Part shown: piece by piece, positions 29,746 through 39,298 of the stretch | Layout: every line of letters starts with the position of its first letter | Position numbering within the stretch: the stretch's first letter is position 1 | Source: Eubacteriales bacterium | GTDB taxonomy: Bacteria; Bacillota; Clostridia; Oscillospirales; CAG-272 | Direction of reading: 5' to 3' | Assembly (NCBI GenBank): GCA_045651165.1 | Contig: JAZRRX010000013.1 | Location: 71,319-135,318, forward strand | Length of the DNA: 64,000 nt | Position numbers and translations under genes: made by a program | Notes under the pieces: generated by a model | Database searches by the model: none | What the model saw: only the letters and a program-made list of their open reading frames with translations | Told to the model about the DNA's origin: nothing

Positions 29746-31287
29746 TTATTTAGCGTAATCAGCAACTCTGCTTTCCCTGATCAAATGTACCTTGATCTGT
29801 CCGGGATATTTCATTTCTTCCTGAATCTTAGCGGCCATTTCTCTTGCAATAAGCTTCATGCCATCGTCATTAACCTGTTCAGGTTTAACCATAACGCGCA
29901 CCTCGCGTCCCGCTTGGATTGCAAACGCCTTATCAACTCCTGCAAAGCTTGTTGCAATTTCTTCAAGCTTTTGAAGTCTCTTGATATAGTTTTCCATATC
30001 CTCACGTCTTGCACCGGGTCTTGCAGCAGAAATAGCGTCTGCCGCCTGTACGAGAATCGCAACGATAGTTTTTGGCTCAACATCATTGTGATGCGCCTCT
30101 ATCGCGTGAACGACCTCTTTGCTTTCTTTATACTTCTTGGCAGCATTTACACCAATTTCAACGTGTGATCCCTCAACATCGTGGGGGAATGCCTTACCAA
30201 TGTCATGAAGAAGACCTGCGCGTCTTGCCGCATTTGCGTCAACACCAAGTTCTTCAGCCATCATACCTGCCAAAAATGCAACTTCAATTGAATGTTTAAG
30301 TACGTTTTGTCCGTAACTTGTACGATAACGTAAACGTCCGAGCAATCTTACAAGCTCGGGATTAATTCCGTGAACGCCAACCTCAAATGTGGCTCTTTCA
30401 CCTGCCTGCTTAACAGACAAATCAACCTCTTTTTGTGCCTTTTCAACCATCTCTTCAATTCTTGCGGGATGGATACGGCCATCGGAGATAAGTTTTTCAA
30501 GCGCAACTCTTGCAACCTCACGGCGCACAGGGTCAAAGCCTGAAATTGTAATTGCCTCGGGAGTATCGTCAATAATAAGTTCAACACCCGTAAGAGTTTC
30601 GATCTTTTGGATATTTCTACCCTCACGACCAATAATTCTTCCCTTCATTTCTTCACTGGGCAAGCTAACAACAGAAATAGTTGCTTCTGCAACGTGGTCA
30701 GCTGCGCAACGCTGAATTGCAAGGGACAAAATGTTTCTTGCCTTTTCTTCGGAATTTTCCTTGAACTGTTGCTCAAGTTCATCAAGTCTTTGAGCAAGCT
30801 CGTGTTTAACCTGGCTTTCAACTTTTTCAATAAGCTGTTCCTTAGCCTCGTTAACAGAAAGACCTGAAAGGGTTTCAAGTACCTTTAATTGAGCATTAAG
30901 GGTTTCATCAACCTGAACGCGAACTGCATCTGCTTCTTTAAGCTTTTTGTCAAGCTGCTCGTTCTTCTTTTCAAGTGCTTCACTCTTCTTGTCAAGGTTT
31001 TCTTCCTTTTGAACCAAACGGCGTTCAGTTTTAGAAATCTCTGCTCGGCGCTCTTTCATCTCACGCTCGGATTCATTTCTCTGCTTAAGAATTTCTTCCT
31101 TAGCCTCGATAAGCGCTTCCTTTTTCTTGGTTTCCGCCTGTTTTTCACCGTCAAGTACAATTCTTTTGGCTTCTTCTTCAGCAGAACCAATCTTGCCTTC
31201 TGCGACCTTTTTGCGAAGAATCATACCCGCAAAAACACCCGCAGCAACAGAGATACCTGCCACAAGAACATACCATAATGTGTCCAT
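29746..31287 (-). CDS. rny: ribonuclease Y
   Basis: N-terminal TM, long coiled coil, KH domain ([11 protein letters not shown]) and HD domain (LLHDIGK). Confidence 0.96.
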   Translation of the reverse strand: MDTLWYVLVAGISVAAGVFAGMILRKKVAEGKIGSAEEEAKRIVLDGEKQAETKKKEALIEAKEEILKQRNESEREMKERRAEISKTERRLVQKEENLDKKSEALEKKNEQLDKKLKEADAVRVQVDETLNAQLKVLETLSGLSVNEAKEQLIEKVESQVKHELAQRLDELEQQFKENSEEKARNILSLAIQRCAADHVAEATISVVSLPSEEMKGRIIGREGRNIQKIETLTGVELIIDDTPEAITISGFDPVRREVARVALEKLISDGRIHPARIEEMVEKAQKEVDLSVKQAGERATFEVGVHGINPELVRLLGRLRYRTSYGQNVLKHSIEVAFLAGMMAEELGVDANAARRAGLLHDIGKAFPHDVEGSHVEIGVNAAKKYKESKEVVHAIEAHHNDVEPKTIVAILVQAADAISAARPGARREDMENYIKRLQKLEEIATSFAGVDKAFAIQAGREVRVMVKPEQVNDDGMKLIAREMAAKIQEEMKYPGQIKVHLIRESRVADYAK

Positions 31288-31560
31288 ATTGCACCTCCTT
31301 TTTCATATTTAGTTTTCAATAAACGAATAATGTAATCTATAATGAATAGTAAAAGCCCTATTTAACCATTTTAGTTACTATTTTATTTTACACGTTTTTA
31401 ATATATTTGTCAAGATATTTTTACACTGTTAATATTTTTATTTGCAAAATTTGGTAATTAACTCTCTATTTTATAGAAAAAATCGTATAGATACTTGATT
31501 TTTTTTAAAAAATAGTATATAATATTCGTTGGTAAATTTTTAATCTTGGAGGATTTTAAA

Positions 31561-32424
31561 ATGCTTGTTTCAGCAAAAGAAATGCTTACAAAAGCAAAAG
31601 AAGGCCACTATGCAGTTGGTCAGTTTAATATTAATAACCTTGAATGGACAAAAGCCATTCTTCAAACCGCGCAGGAGATGAACTCCCCCGTTATCCTTGG
31701 TGTTTCTGAGGGTGCAGGCAAATATATGTGCGGATATAAGACCATCGTTGGTATGGTTAACGGCATGATTGAAGGACTCGGTATCACTGTTCCCGTTGCT
31801 CTTCACCTTGACCACGGCTCATACGAAGGTGCTCTTGCTTGTATCGAAGCAGGATTTTCATCTGTAATGTTCGACGGTTCTCACTACCCCATCGAAGAAA
31901 ACATCGAAAAGACAAAAGAACTCGTTAGAATCACAAATGAACTTGGACTTTCTCTTGAAGCAGAAGATGGTTCAATCGGTGGTGAAGAAGACGGCGTTGT
32001 TGGTGCAGGTGAATGCGCTGATCCCGACGAATGCAAGATGATTGCAGATCTCGGTGTTACAATGCTTGCTGCAGGTATTGGTAATATCCACGGTAAGTAC
32101 CCTGCTAACTGGCCCGGTCTTTCCTTCGATACACTTGATGCAATTCAGCAGAAGACAGGTTCTATGCCCCTCGTTCTTCACGGTGGCACAGGTATCCCCG
32201 CTGAAATGATTAAGAAAGCAATCGACCTTGGCGTTTCCAAGATCAATGTAAACACAGAATGTCAGCTCGCTTTTGCTGCTGCAACAAGAGAATATGTTGA
32301 AGCAGGCAAAGACCTCTCCGGTAAGGGCTTCGACCCCAGAAAGCTCCTCGCTCCCGGTACAGAAGCAATCAAGGCAACAGTTCGCGAAAAGATCGAACTC
32401 TTCGGCTCTGCTAATAAAGCTTAA
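31561..32424 (+). CDS. fba: class II fructose-1,6-bisphosphate aldolase
   Basis: GQFNINN, HLDHG, LVLHGGTG and NVNTE motifs. ATG at 31561 after GGAGG. Confidence 0.95.
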   Translation: MLVSAKEMLTKAKEGHYAVGQFNINNLEWTKAILQTAQEMNSPVILGVSEGAGKYMCGYKTIVGMVNGMIEGLGITVPVALHLDHGSYEGALACIEAGFSSVMFDGSHYPIEENIEKTKELVRITNELGLSLEAEDGSIGGEEDGVVGAGECADPDECKMIADLGVTMLAAGIGNIHGKYPANWPGLSFDTLDAIQQKTGSMPLVLHGGTGIPAEMIKKAIDLGVSKINVNTECQLAFAAATREYVEAGKDLSGKGFDPRKLLAPGTEAIKATVREKIELFGSANKA

Positions 32425-32440
32425 TTTTATTAAAATGATA

Positions 32441-32472
32441 ACCCTCCCGACATGAAGTCGGGAGGGTTTTGT
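32441..32472. terminator. intrinsic terminator
   Basis: ACCCTCCCGAC-atgaa-GTCGGGAGGGT followed by TTTGTT. Confidence 0.85.
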
Positions 32473-32523
32473 TCGTTATAGGGATATAACTATAAGATCT
32501 TAATAATTTATAGCCATTAGATA

Positions 32524-33030
32524 TTATTTTTTGATTTCTATTTCTATGGTTTCCTGTTCAAGCCACATATCGTCAAAAATTATAGTATATGTTCCATCTC
32601 CATCGTAAACAAAATAAAAATATTTTGTATATGATTTGCCTGACAATAAATCCCCCGCTTGAGCCACATCATCATCAAAATAAAAGGATATATCATCGGA
32701 TTCCGCACCGGTTGATCCAAATATGGAATAATAGAACATATTAAGGGAATGTGTTTCACTTGATAAGTTTGTAATGGTAACAGGTAGTCTTACGATTGTT
32801 TTTCCATAATATTCTGAATATTCATTATTGATTTTTGTAAACGTGTACGTTCCAAATTCTAATCTCAAGTTGTCAAATTCAATTGAACCATCTTGCTGTT
32901 TTGTAGTTGTAGTGGTAGTAGTGTTGCCATTCTTATTATCATTAGCATCACTACCTGATGGGATTATGAGTATTATAACAACGACAATAATAACCCAAAA
33001 CCACCAATTTTTGTAAATCGGCTTTTTCAT
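32524..33030 (-). CDS. hypothetical membrane-anchored extracellular protein (DUF4352-like fold suspected)
   Basis: The ATG at 33030 gives MKKPIYKNWWFWVIIVVVIILII (TM), a Thr-rich linker and a beta-rich domain. The longer ORF-track start has no RBS. Confidence 0.6.
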   Translation of the reverse strand: MKKPIYKNWWFWVIIVVVIILIIPSGSDANDNKNGNTTTTTTTKQQDGSIEFDNLRLEFGTYTFTKINNEYSEYYGKTIVRLPVTITNLSSETHSLNMFYYSIFGSTGAESDDISFYFDDDVAQAGDLLSGKSYTKYFYFVYDGDGTYTIIFDDMWLEQETIEIEIKK

Positions 33031-33134
33031 AACATTTCTCTTTCTCCGTATCCCCGGCGGGTATTTTACTTTGTGCTCAAATAAAAAAGTGCGGCTACCG
33101 AAGCAACCGCACAAAAACGCAAACTCCGATAGTC

Positions 33135-33291
33135 GCCAAACTAATCCTTGCAAAATTGGTATAACATACCGCATACACAGAGTGGAATTTGCATTTTATC
33201 AAATTCTATTCTATGTACGACGAAAAAGGATATACCTATCCTTATAAAAAAAGACAGTTATACCTATTTTGCAATATTTGATTAGTTTGGC
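33135..33291. repeat. long-range inverted repeat in the copA upstream intergenic region
   Basis: GCCAAACTAATC-c-TTGCAAAAT (33135-33156) pairs with ATTTTGCAA-tattt-GATTAGTTTGGC (33266-33291). About 110 bp lies between the arms. Confidence 0.6.
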
Positions 33292-33408
33292 ACATCCATT
33301 ATATCACCGTTTCACGCATTTTTCAAGTATTTTGCAGAAATTTATTAGTTTATATGTTAAATTTTTAATTTGTTGAGCAGTTTGTTCGCACAAACATCAC
33401 GTCTATAT

Positions 33409-33664
33409 GTCATTCTGAGCGGAGCGAAGTTTTGCGAGTGCAACAAAAGTGAAACGAGTAAAACCAAGCGTGTTTTAACACGCGCAGGAATCTATAAACG
33501 AGTTTTTGTGGCTTTCGTTCTGTAAGTAACTTTTTATGTAAATACAAAACATTACTTTTACTAAAAAGGTTACGTAAAATTCCCTAATAGATCCCTCTGC
33601 AAGCAGAGGTTTTACTCACTGCACTGCGTTTCGTTTGCAAAACTTCGCTACCGCTCAGGATGAC
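33409..33664. repeat. MITE-like palindromic element (same core family as 4739-4934)
   Basis: Imperfect terminal inverted repeats GTCATTCTGAGCGGAGCGAAGTTTTGC (33409-) and GCAAAACTTCGCTACCGCTCAGGATGAC (-33664), extendable to about 55 bp. No ORF. Followed by the shared 18-nt tail at 33755-33772. Confidence 0.7.
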
Positions 33665-33786
33665 GAACGAACTGACGTTGTTCAGACGAACGCAAGCGTT
33701 GCGTCGCGCTGATTTAGGATTTGCACTGACATAAAATTACAATATTCAACTGCGCGATAAATCCCAATTTATCTCACAAATCCCCC

Positions 33787-33815
33787 TTGATTTATTTCTC
33801 AATTTCGTATATAAT
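33787..33815 (+). promoter_or_regulatory. sigma-A type promoter of copA
   Basis: TTGATT (33787-33792), 17 nt, TATAAT (33810-33815). Confidence 0.55.
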
Positions 33816-33837
33816 AAAGCTATAAGAAGGTGATAAT

Positions 33838-36294
33838 TTGAAAAAATTTGATATAACCGGAATGAGCTGTGCTGCATGCTCTGCGCGTGTTGAAAGGGCG
33901 GTTTCAACCCTTAACGGAGTTACTGTCTGCTCGGTCAATCTTCTCACCAATTCAATGGAGGTTGACGGCTCGGCTACTGATGAAGCAATCATCACTGCCG
34001 TTGTAAATGCAGGCTACGGCGCAACTCTCCATGGTTCAAAAACACAAAAAGAAAGCCAAAAAACAACAAAAAATAAAGTTAACACAGAAATTAGTTCATT
34101 AAGAAATCGATTTTTAATATCACTCGGCTTCTTAATCGTGCTTATGTACGTTGCAATGGGGCATCATATGTGGGATTTTCCCCTCCCCTCTTTTTTAACG
34201 GAATCCCCTTTAAGAATAGCGATTTTGCAACTTATACTTTGCATAATCGTTATGATAATAAATCGCAAATTCTTTATTAGCGGTTTCAAATCTGCCATAA
34301 AACTTGCACCCAATATGGATACACTCGTGGCTCTCGGCTCGGGTGCGTCATTCATCTATAGCGTAGCTCTGCTCTTTAAAGTTTCAAACAATCACGAAAT
34401 ATTGCACGGACTCTATTTTGAATCTGCGGCAATGATTTTGGTGCTCATAACTCTCGGCAAAATGCTCGAGGCAATCGCAAAGGGTAAAACCACTGACGCA
34501 CTTGACAAACTCACTTCTCTTGCTCCTGAAAACGCAACTATTATTCGCGATGGCAAGGAAATTTCCATCCCCATAAGTGAGGTTTGTGTTGGTGATATTT
34601 TCATCGTCCGTCCAGGCGAAAGCGTTGCCGTTGACGGAATAGTAATTGAAGGTGAAAGCGCAATCGATGAAAGCGCACTAACTGGTGAAAGTATCCCCGT
34701 TGACAAAGCAATTGGTGACAGTGTTTATTCTGCGACCATCAACCGTTCAGGCTTTTTAAAATGCCGTGCAACTGAGGTTGGAGAAGAAACAATGCTATCT
34801 CGCATCATAAAAATGGTCGAGGACGCATCCTCAAGCAAAGCTCCGATTGCCAAAATTGCCGACAAGGTATCGGGCATTTTTGTGCCAACAGTAATTGGCA
34901 TATCCATCCTTACGTTTATTATTTGGTCAATTTTAGGAAAAGACATTGCATTCTCGCTCACAAGAGCAATTTCGGTGCTTGTTATCAGTTGCCCCTGTGC
35001 TTTGGGACTTGCAACTCCCGTTTCAATTATGGTTGGTAGTGGCGTTGGTGCAAAGAACGGAATTTTGTTCAAAAACGCGACCTCTCTTGAAGAGGCGGGC
35101 AAAATAAAAGTGATAGCACTCGACAAAACGGGCACTATCACACAAGGCGCTCCAAAGGTTACTGACGTAATTTCAGCCGATGGTGTGAACGAAAACGAGT
35201 TTTTAACTATTTCTTATTCCCTTGAAAAGCAAAGCGAACACCCCCTTTCCCACGCGATTTTGCAATATGGTGAAGAAAAGGGCATCTCTTCCCTCTCAAT
35301 CTCCGACTTTAGAGCTGTTGCAGGCAACGGACTTGAGGGTGTAATTGATGGTGCAACCATAAGAGGCGGGAATGAGAGATTTATCAGCAATTTTGCTACC
35401 ATTCCCGAAAATCTTAAAGCTAAAGCATCAGCTCTTGCCGAAAACGGCAAAACACCGATGTATTTTAGCAAAAACGATACAATTCTCGGCATCATTGCAG
35501 TTGCCGACACGATAAAACCCGATGCCAAAGAGGCAATTTCAGAGCTTAAAGCAATGGGCATTAAAACCGTTATGCTCACAGGTGACAATGAGCGCACCGC
35601 CCTGGCAATTTCAAAGCAAGCCGGTGTTGACGAAGTTATCGCAGGAGTGCTTCCCGACGGCAAAGAAAAAGTTATTCAAGACCTTAAAAAGCACGGCAAG
35701 GTAGCAATGGTCGGTGACGGCATTAACGATGCTCCCGCACTCACCGCTGCTGACACGGGAATTGCAATCGGAAGTGGCACGGACATTGCTATTGATAGTG
35801 CAAACGTAGTGCTCATTAAGAGCAATATGGCAGATTTGCCTGCCACAATCAAGCTCTCACGCGCAACACTTGGCAACATAAAACTCAGTCTTTTCTGGGC
35901 ATTTTTCTATAATTGCCTTGGTATTCCACTTGCGGCAGGTGTGCTTATTCCCCTTGGAATCACCCTCACTCCAATGATTGGAGCAGCGGCGATGAGTTTG
36001 TCGAGTTTTTGCGTTGTTACCAATGCTCTTAGATTAAATCTTGTTAAAATTTATAAGAAACATAAAGTAAAGGAGTTCAAACCCATGATAAAAGTTATTA
36101 AAATTGAAGGAATGATGTGCCCACACTGTGAAGCACACGTAAAAAAAGCCCTTGAAGCACTCGAAGGCGTTGAAAATGTAGTTCCCAGCCACGTTGAGAA
36201 AAAAGCTACCCTCACCCTCACCGCCCCCGTTTCTGACGAAACCCTCAAAGCAACAGTCGAAGCGCAAGGATATAAGGTGCTTGGGGTTGAATAA
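33838..36294 (+). CDS. copA: copper-translocating P1B-type ATPase with N-terminal and C-terminal HMA domains
   Basis: TTG start after AAGGTGA. GMSCAACSARVE (HMA), the TM CPC motif, DKTGTIT, GDGINDAP. Extra C-terminal HMA domain GMMCPHCEAHV. Confidence 0.93.
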   Translation: MKKFDITGMSCAACSARVERAVSTLNGVTVCSVNLLTNSMEVDGSATDEAIITAVVNAGYGATLHGSKTQKESQKTTKNKVNTEISSLRNRFLISLGFLIVLMYVAMGHHMWDFPLPSFLTESPLRIAILQLILCIIVMIINRKFFISGFKSAIKLAPNMDTLVALGSGASFIYSVALLFKVSNNHEILHGLYFESAAMILVLITLGKMLEAIAKGKTTDALDKLTSLAPENATIIRDGKEISIPISEVCVGDIFIVRPGESVAVDGIVIEGESAIDESALTGESIPVDKAIGDSVYSATINRSGFLKCRATEVGEETMLSRIIKMVEDASSSKAPIAKIADKVSGIFVPTVIGISILTFIIWSILGKDIAFSLTRAISVLVISCPCALGLATPVSIMVGSGVGAKNGILFKNATSLEEAGKIKVIALDKTGTITQGAPKVTDVISADGVNENEFLTISYSLEKQSEHPLSHAILQYGEEKGISSLSISDFRAVAGNGLEGVIDGATIRGGNERFISNFATIPENLKAKASALAENGKTPMYFSKNDTILGIIAVADTIKPDAKEAISELKAMGIKTVMLTGDNERTALAISKQAGVDEVIAGVLPDGKEKVIQDLKKHGKVAMVGDGINDAPALTAADTGIAIGSGTDIAIDSANVVLIKSNMADLPATIKLSRATLGNIKLSLFWAFFYNCLGIPLAAGVLIPLGITLTPMIGAAAMSLSSFCVVTNALRLNLVKIYKKHKVKEFKPMIKVIKIEGMMCPHCEAHVKKALEALEGVENVVPSHVEKKATLTLTAPVSDETLKATVEAQGYKVLGVE

Positions 36295-36295
36295 T

Positions 36296-36340
36296 AAAAA
36301 AACAAAGCTCGCATCTATAGGATGCGAGCTTTTCTTCTTC
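36296..36340. terminator. bidirectional intrinsic terminator (copA / SDR)
   Basis: AGCTCGCATC-tatag-GATGCGAGCT with flanking A- and T-tracts. Confidence 0.85.
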
Positions 36341-36343
36341 AAA

Positions 36344-37108
36344 TTAAAGTGTAGAACCGAAATCAGTTACGATGGACTGACCTGTGATAGCACGTGACTC
36401 ATCGGAAGCGAAGAACACGAGCATATTCGCAACGTCATCAGGGAAGCAGGGCTGAACTTTAAGGTCATTGTGCTTCATCATCTGACCAAAGATATTCATA
36501 TCCATATTAGCTGCGCTCATACCTGCAACCATGGGTGTAACGATTGTACCAGGGCAAAGTGAATTGCAACGTACATTTGTGCCTGCAAAACGAAGAGCTG
36601 TGTGTCTTGTAAGACCGATAATAGCTGCCTTTGATGCAACATAAGCCGCACCGCCACAACCCATAACGCCTGCAACAGATGCAACGTTAACGATTGAGCC
36701 GTAACCTGTCTTTGCCATTTCCTTAGTAACTTCACGAGTCATGCACATTGTTCCCTTTGTGTTAATGTCGATAACTCTGTCCATATCCTCGTCAGATACG
36801 CTATCAATTGCCTTAAGACCGCTATCAAGCACGCCTGCATTATTGATAAGAATATCAATTTTTCCAAATTTAGCCATAGTTTCTGCAACTACTCTTACTG
36901 CATCCTCGGGCTTTGAAATATCGGAGCAAATGGGAAGAACCTCGCCACCAAGCTCACGAATTTTTGCAGCGACTTCTTCAAGCTGCGCCTCACGGCGAGC
37001 AGTAATAACTACCTTTGCGCCTTCTTTAACAAACTTTTCTGCAGTTGCTGCACCAACACCGGAGTTTCCGCCTGTAATAATGGCAACTTTTCCTTCTAAA
37101 CGATTCAT
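36344..37108 (-). CDS. SDR family oxidoreductase
   Basis: ATG at 37108 after GGAGG. TGGNSGVG cofactor motif. Catalytic YVASK (YxxxK). Confidence 0.88.
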   Translation of the reverse strand: MNRLEGKVAIITGGNSGVGAATAEKFVKEGAKVVITARREAQLEEVAAKIRELGGEVLPICSDISKPEDAVRVVAETMAKFGKIDILINNAGVLDSGLKAIDSVSDEDMDRVIDINTKGTMCMTREVTKEMAKTGYGSIVNVASVAGVMGCGGAAYVASKAAIIGLTRHTALRFAGTNVRCNSLCPGTIVTPMVAGMSAANMDMNIFGQMMKHNDLKVQPCFPDDVANMLVFFASDESRAITGQSIVTDFGSTL

Positions 37109-37210
37109 TTTTATATCCTCCAAAATTTAATTTTTATAACATTGTGAATTATATCACAATGTATTAGTAATGTCAATAGTTAGTTGATAAATCAAATTTT
37201 ATCACTCAAC

Positions 37211-37240
37211 ACAAAACCCACTCGCCTTTGCGAGTGGGTT
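37211..37240 (-). terminator. intrinsic terminator after the ATPase-CYTH gene
   Basis: Read on the minus strand: AACCCACTCGC-aaag-GCGAGTGGGTTTTGTGTT. Confidence 0.8.
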
Positions 37241-37250
37241 AAAATATTTG

Positions 37251-38336
37251 TTAAATTTTTGCAAGTGTGAGGTTCTTATATGCCTCATCCTCGGTAACTT
37301 CTGTTACCACGTTCACAAAATCGGGGAAAATGATTTCTGCGTTATCATCACCTTGCTCTATCTCAATAATCGCCTTATCGTTCCAGAATGGGTAAACGTC
37401 AATTTCAAAATACTGATTTTTATATGTCAAGCAATATCTTGTCTTTCTAATAGGACGGCAAGAGGGGTCTGCATCCATAAGAAGACGAATGTACTCGTTC
37501 TTTGAAAGACGGCGTTCAAGACGAATTCTCTGATTACCAGCACCATTTCTCTTTTTTGTTTGGAAATAAACATAATTTCCATCAACGCCTCTTTGACGAA
37601 CGCGGTTCTCTTCACCCTCGGGAGCAACGAGATAAGTCTGGCTAATCTCAACTCTTTGACAGTTGGGCAAGCTTTCAAGATAAGCAACATCGGGATAATC
37701 GATAAGAAATCTTCTCTTAATATCTCTGGGCGCTTCTTCACCTAAGAATGATGTCATCTCGTCAAGCAAATGCTTCATCTTGTATTCAAAATCAGCATCA
37801 TTATCAATGATTTTAAGGTGGGGATGTCCCGTCCAAGATGCAATAAGCTTATCGTCAAGCGCACTTGCCTGCTCTACAGTTTCAGTTCTTGCGCCATTAT
37901 TTTCAAGTGTATAGAATTCCTCAGCTCCCTTAGCACAAGTTACAAGGTGGAAAATAGCATCATAGCTATCACGAAGTTCAACTTCGTTATGTCCGACAAT
38001 GTCAAGCACCTTATCAAAGTCTTCCTGTGTCATATAAGCCTTATTGTCAAGCGCACCGCGGTCGCAAACAAGCAAAATCTTTTCAACGGGCATAGTCAAA
38101 GCCCCCTGAGTAAAAATTCTCTCTTTTTCAAGTTGAAGTTGCATCTGACAAACCTGATATTCAACGTTTGTTCCGCAAGTCCAAGGAGCAACACCACCTG
38201 TGATAAGTTCAGTTGCAGTTTCGGGTACGAAAAGCACAGTATAACCAAGCTTTGTGAAAACACCCTGTATTCTGTTCATCGCGGTGGTTTTACCAGCACA
38301 CGGACCACCCGTGATAACTATCTTTTTGATTTCCAT
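37251..38336 (-). CDS. P-loop NTPase (AAA_28/NadR-kinase-like) fused to a CYTH domain
   Basis: Walker A GGPCAGKTT and Walker B-like LLVCDRG. The C-terminal ~160 aa carries CYTH-like strands (DIKRRFLI, RVRQRG, RLERRL, YFEIDVY, AIIEIE). Confidence 0.75.
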   Translation of the reverse strand: MEIKKIVITGGPCAGKTTAMNRIQGVFTKLGYTVLFVPETATELITGGVAPWTCGTNVEYQVCQMQLQLEKERIFTQGALTMPVEKILLVCDRGALDNKAYMTQEDFDKVLDIVGHNEVELRDSYDAIFHLVTCAKGAEEFYTLENNGARTETVEQASALDDKLIASWTGHPHLKIIDNDADFEYKMKHLLDEMTSFLGEEAPRDIKRRFLIDYPDVAYLESLPNCQRVEISQTYLVAPEGEENRVRQRGVDGNYVYFQTKKRNGAGNQRIRLERRLSKNEYIRLLMDADPSCRPIRKTRYCLTYKNQYFEIDVYPFWNDKAIIEIEQGDDNAEIIFPDFVNVVTEVTEDEAYKNLTLAKI

Positions 38337-38607
38337 TGTTTTTCTCCAAATAGATTATTAGAAAGGCAGAAGCCAATACATAAGTATTATACTATATTCC
38401 GATAAGATTTGCAAGGGATATTTGATAAATTATGTATCATAAAGATTACCCATAATATTATCGCAGGGCACTGAATTGCTGCCACCGTTATATAAAAAAG
38501 AGTGGAACACGAAATCCCACCCTGATTTTATTAAATTTGAGAAAAATTTATATACCACCCGATAAATTGGAATTTGTTTTATTTTGTAAAACCTAATTAA
38601 GCGTCTT

Positions 38608-39177
38608 TTACTTGATTTTATTTTTTGCTTTAGCACTCAAATAAAAACATCTAATAAAAAACACAAGTAGTGGCAATATCATAAATGCCAATGACGAAAA
38701 ATAAACAACTATTGAGTTTATAGTATTGATAACAACATCTCCATGCGATAATCTACCACCAATTAAAACATGAATTTCTTCGGTTTGTACTTGAGGAATT
38801 AACATCATAACAAAAATATTTAATACTATTGTGGCACCAATCAAATAAAGTAACAAACTTGCAATTGTAATTTTGCTTCTGTTTTCAACTTTAATGTACC
38901 CATTTATATCTTTTGTTCTTTCTTTTGGAATCAACATCTTTCTCAAAAAAGGATTGGTAATATTCACATACTTAGCTCCATTACTTGCTTCCTTGTTGTT
39001 GTAGTGCGATTGTTCATATGTAGTTGCAAAACCAAAAAATAGATAAAATATAGTTTGTGGCAAAATTTTAATAATCATTTCAAGATGTGATAGAGCGGGG
39101 ATATATGAAATTACTATACTTATCGCAATTAAAGAAAATAATACAAATAATAATATGACGAAACTCTTTTTTGACAT
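38608..39177 (-). CDS. hypothetical polytopic membrane protein (AT-rich orphan)
   Basis: 189-aa ORF with 4-5 TM. Visibly AT-rich relative to its neighbours. No motif recognised. Confidence 0.5.
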   Translation of the reverse strand: MSKKSFVILLFVLFSLIAISIVISYIPALSHLEMIIKILPQTIFYLFFGFATTYEQSHYNNKEASNGAKYVNITNPFLRKMLIPKERTKDINGYIKVENRSKITIASLLLYLIGATIVLNIFVMMLIPQVQTEEIHVLIGGRLSHGDVVINTINSIVVYFSSLAFMILPLLVFFIRCFYLSAKAKNKIK

Positions 39178-39298
39178 TATATACCCCTTTCTTTCACTTA
39201 TATCTAATATTTCGAATAAAAAATATTATTTGGCATATTATATCATAATTTTGTATATATATCAAGGCTTTTAAACTATGAATTTTAAATTTCGGCAC

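Noticed and set aside
33031-33174. Longer version of the 32524 ORF starting at 33174
   Set aside because: The extension lacks an RBS and runs through a terminator-like hairpin. The ATG at 33030 gives a standard N-terminal TM anchor.
37770-38405. 211-aa plus-strand ORF
   Set aside because: It is antisense to the ATPase-CYTH gene, whose motifs (Walker A, CYTH strands) support the minus-strand frame. It has no RBS.
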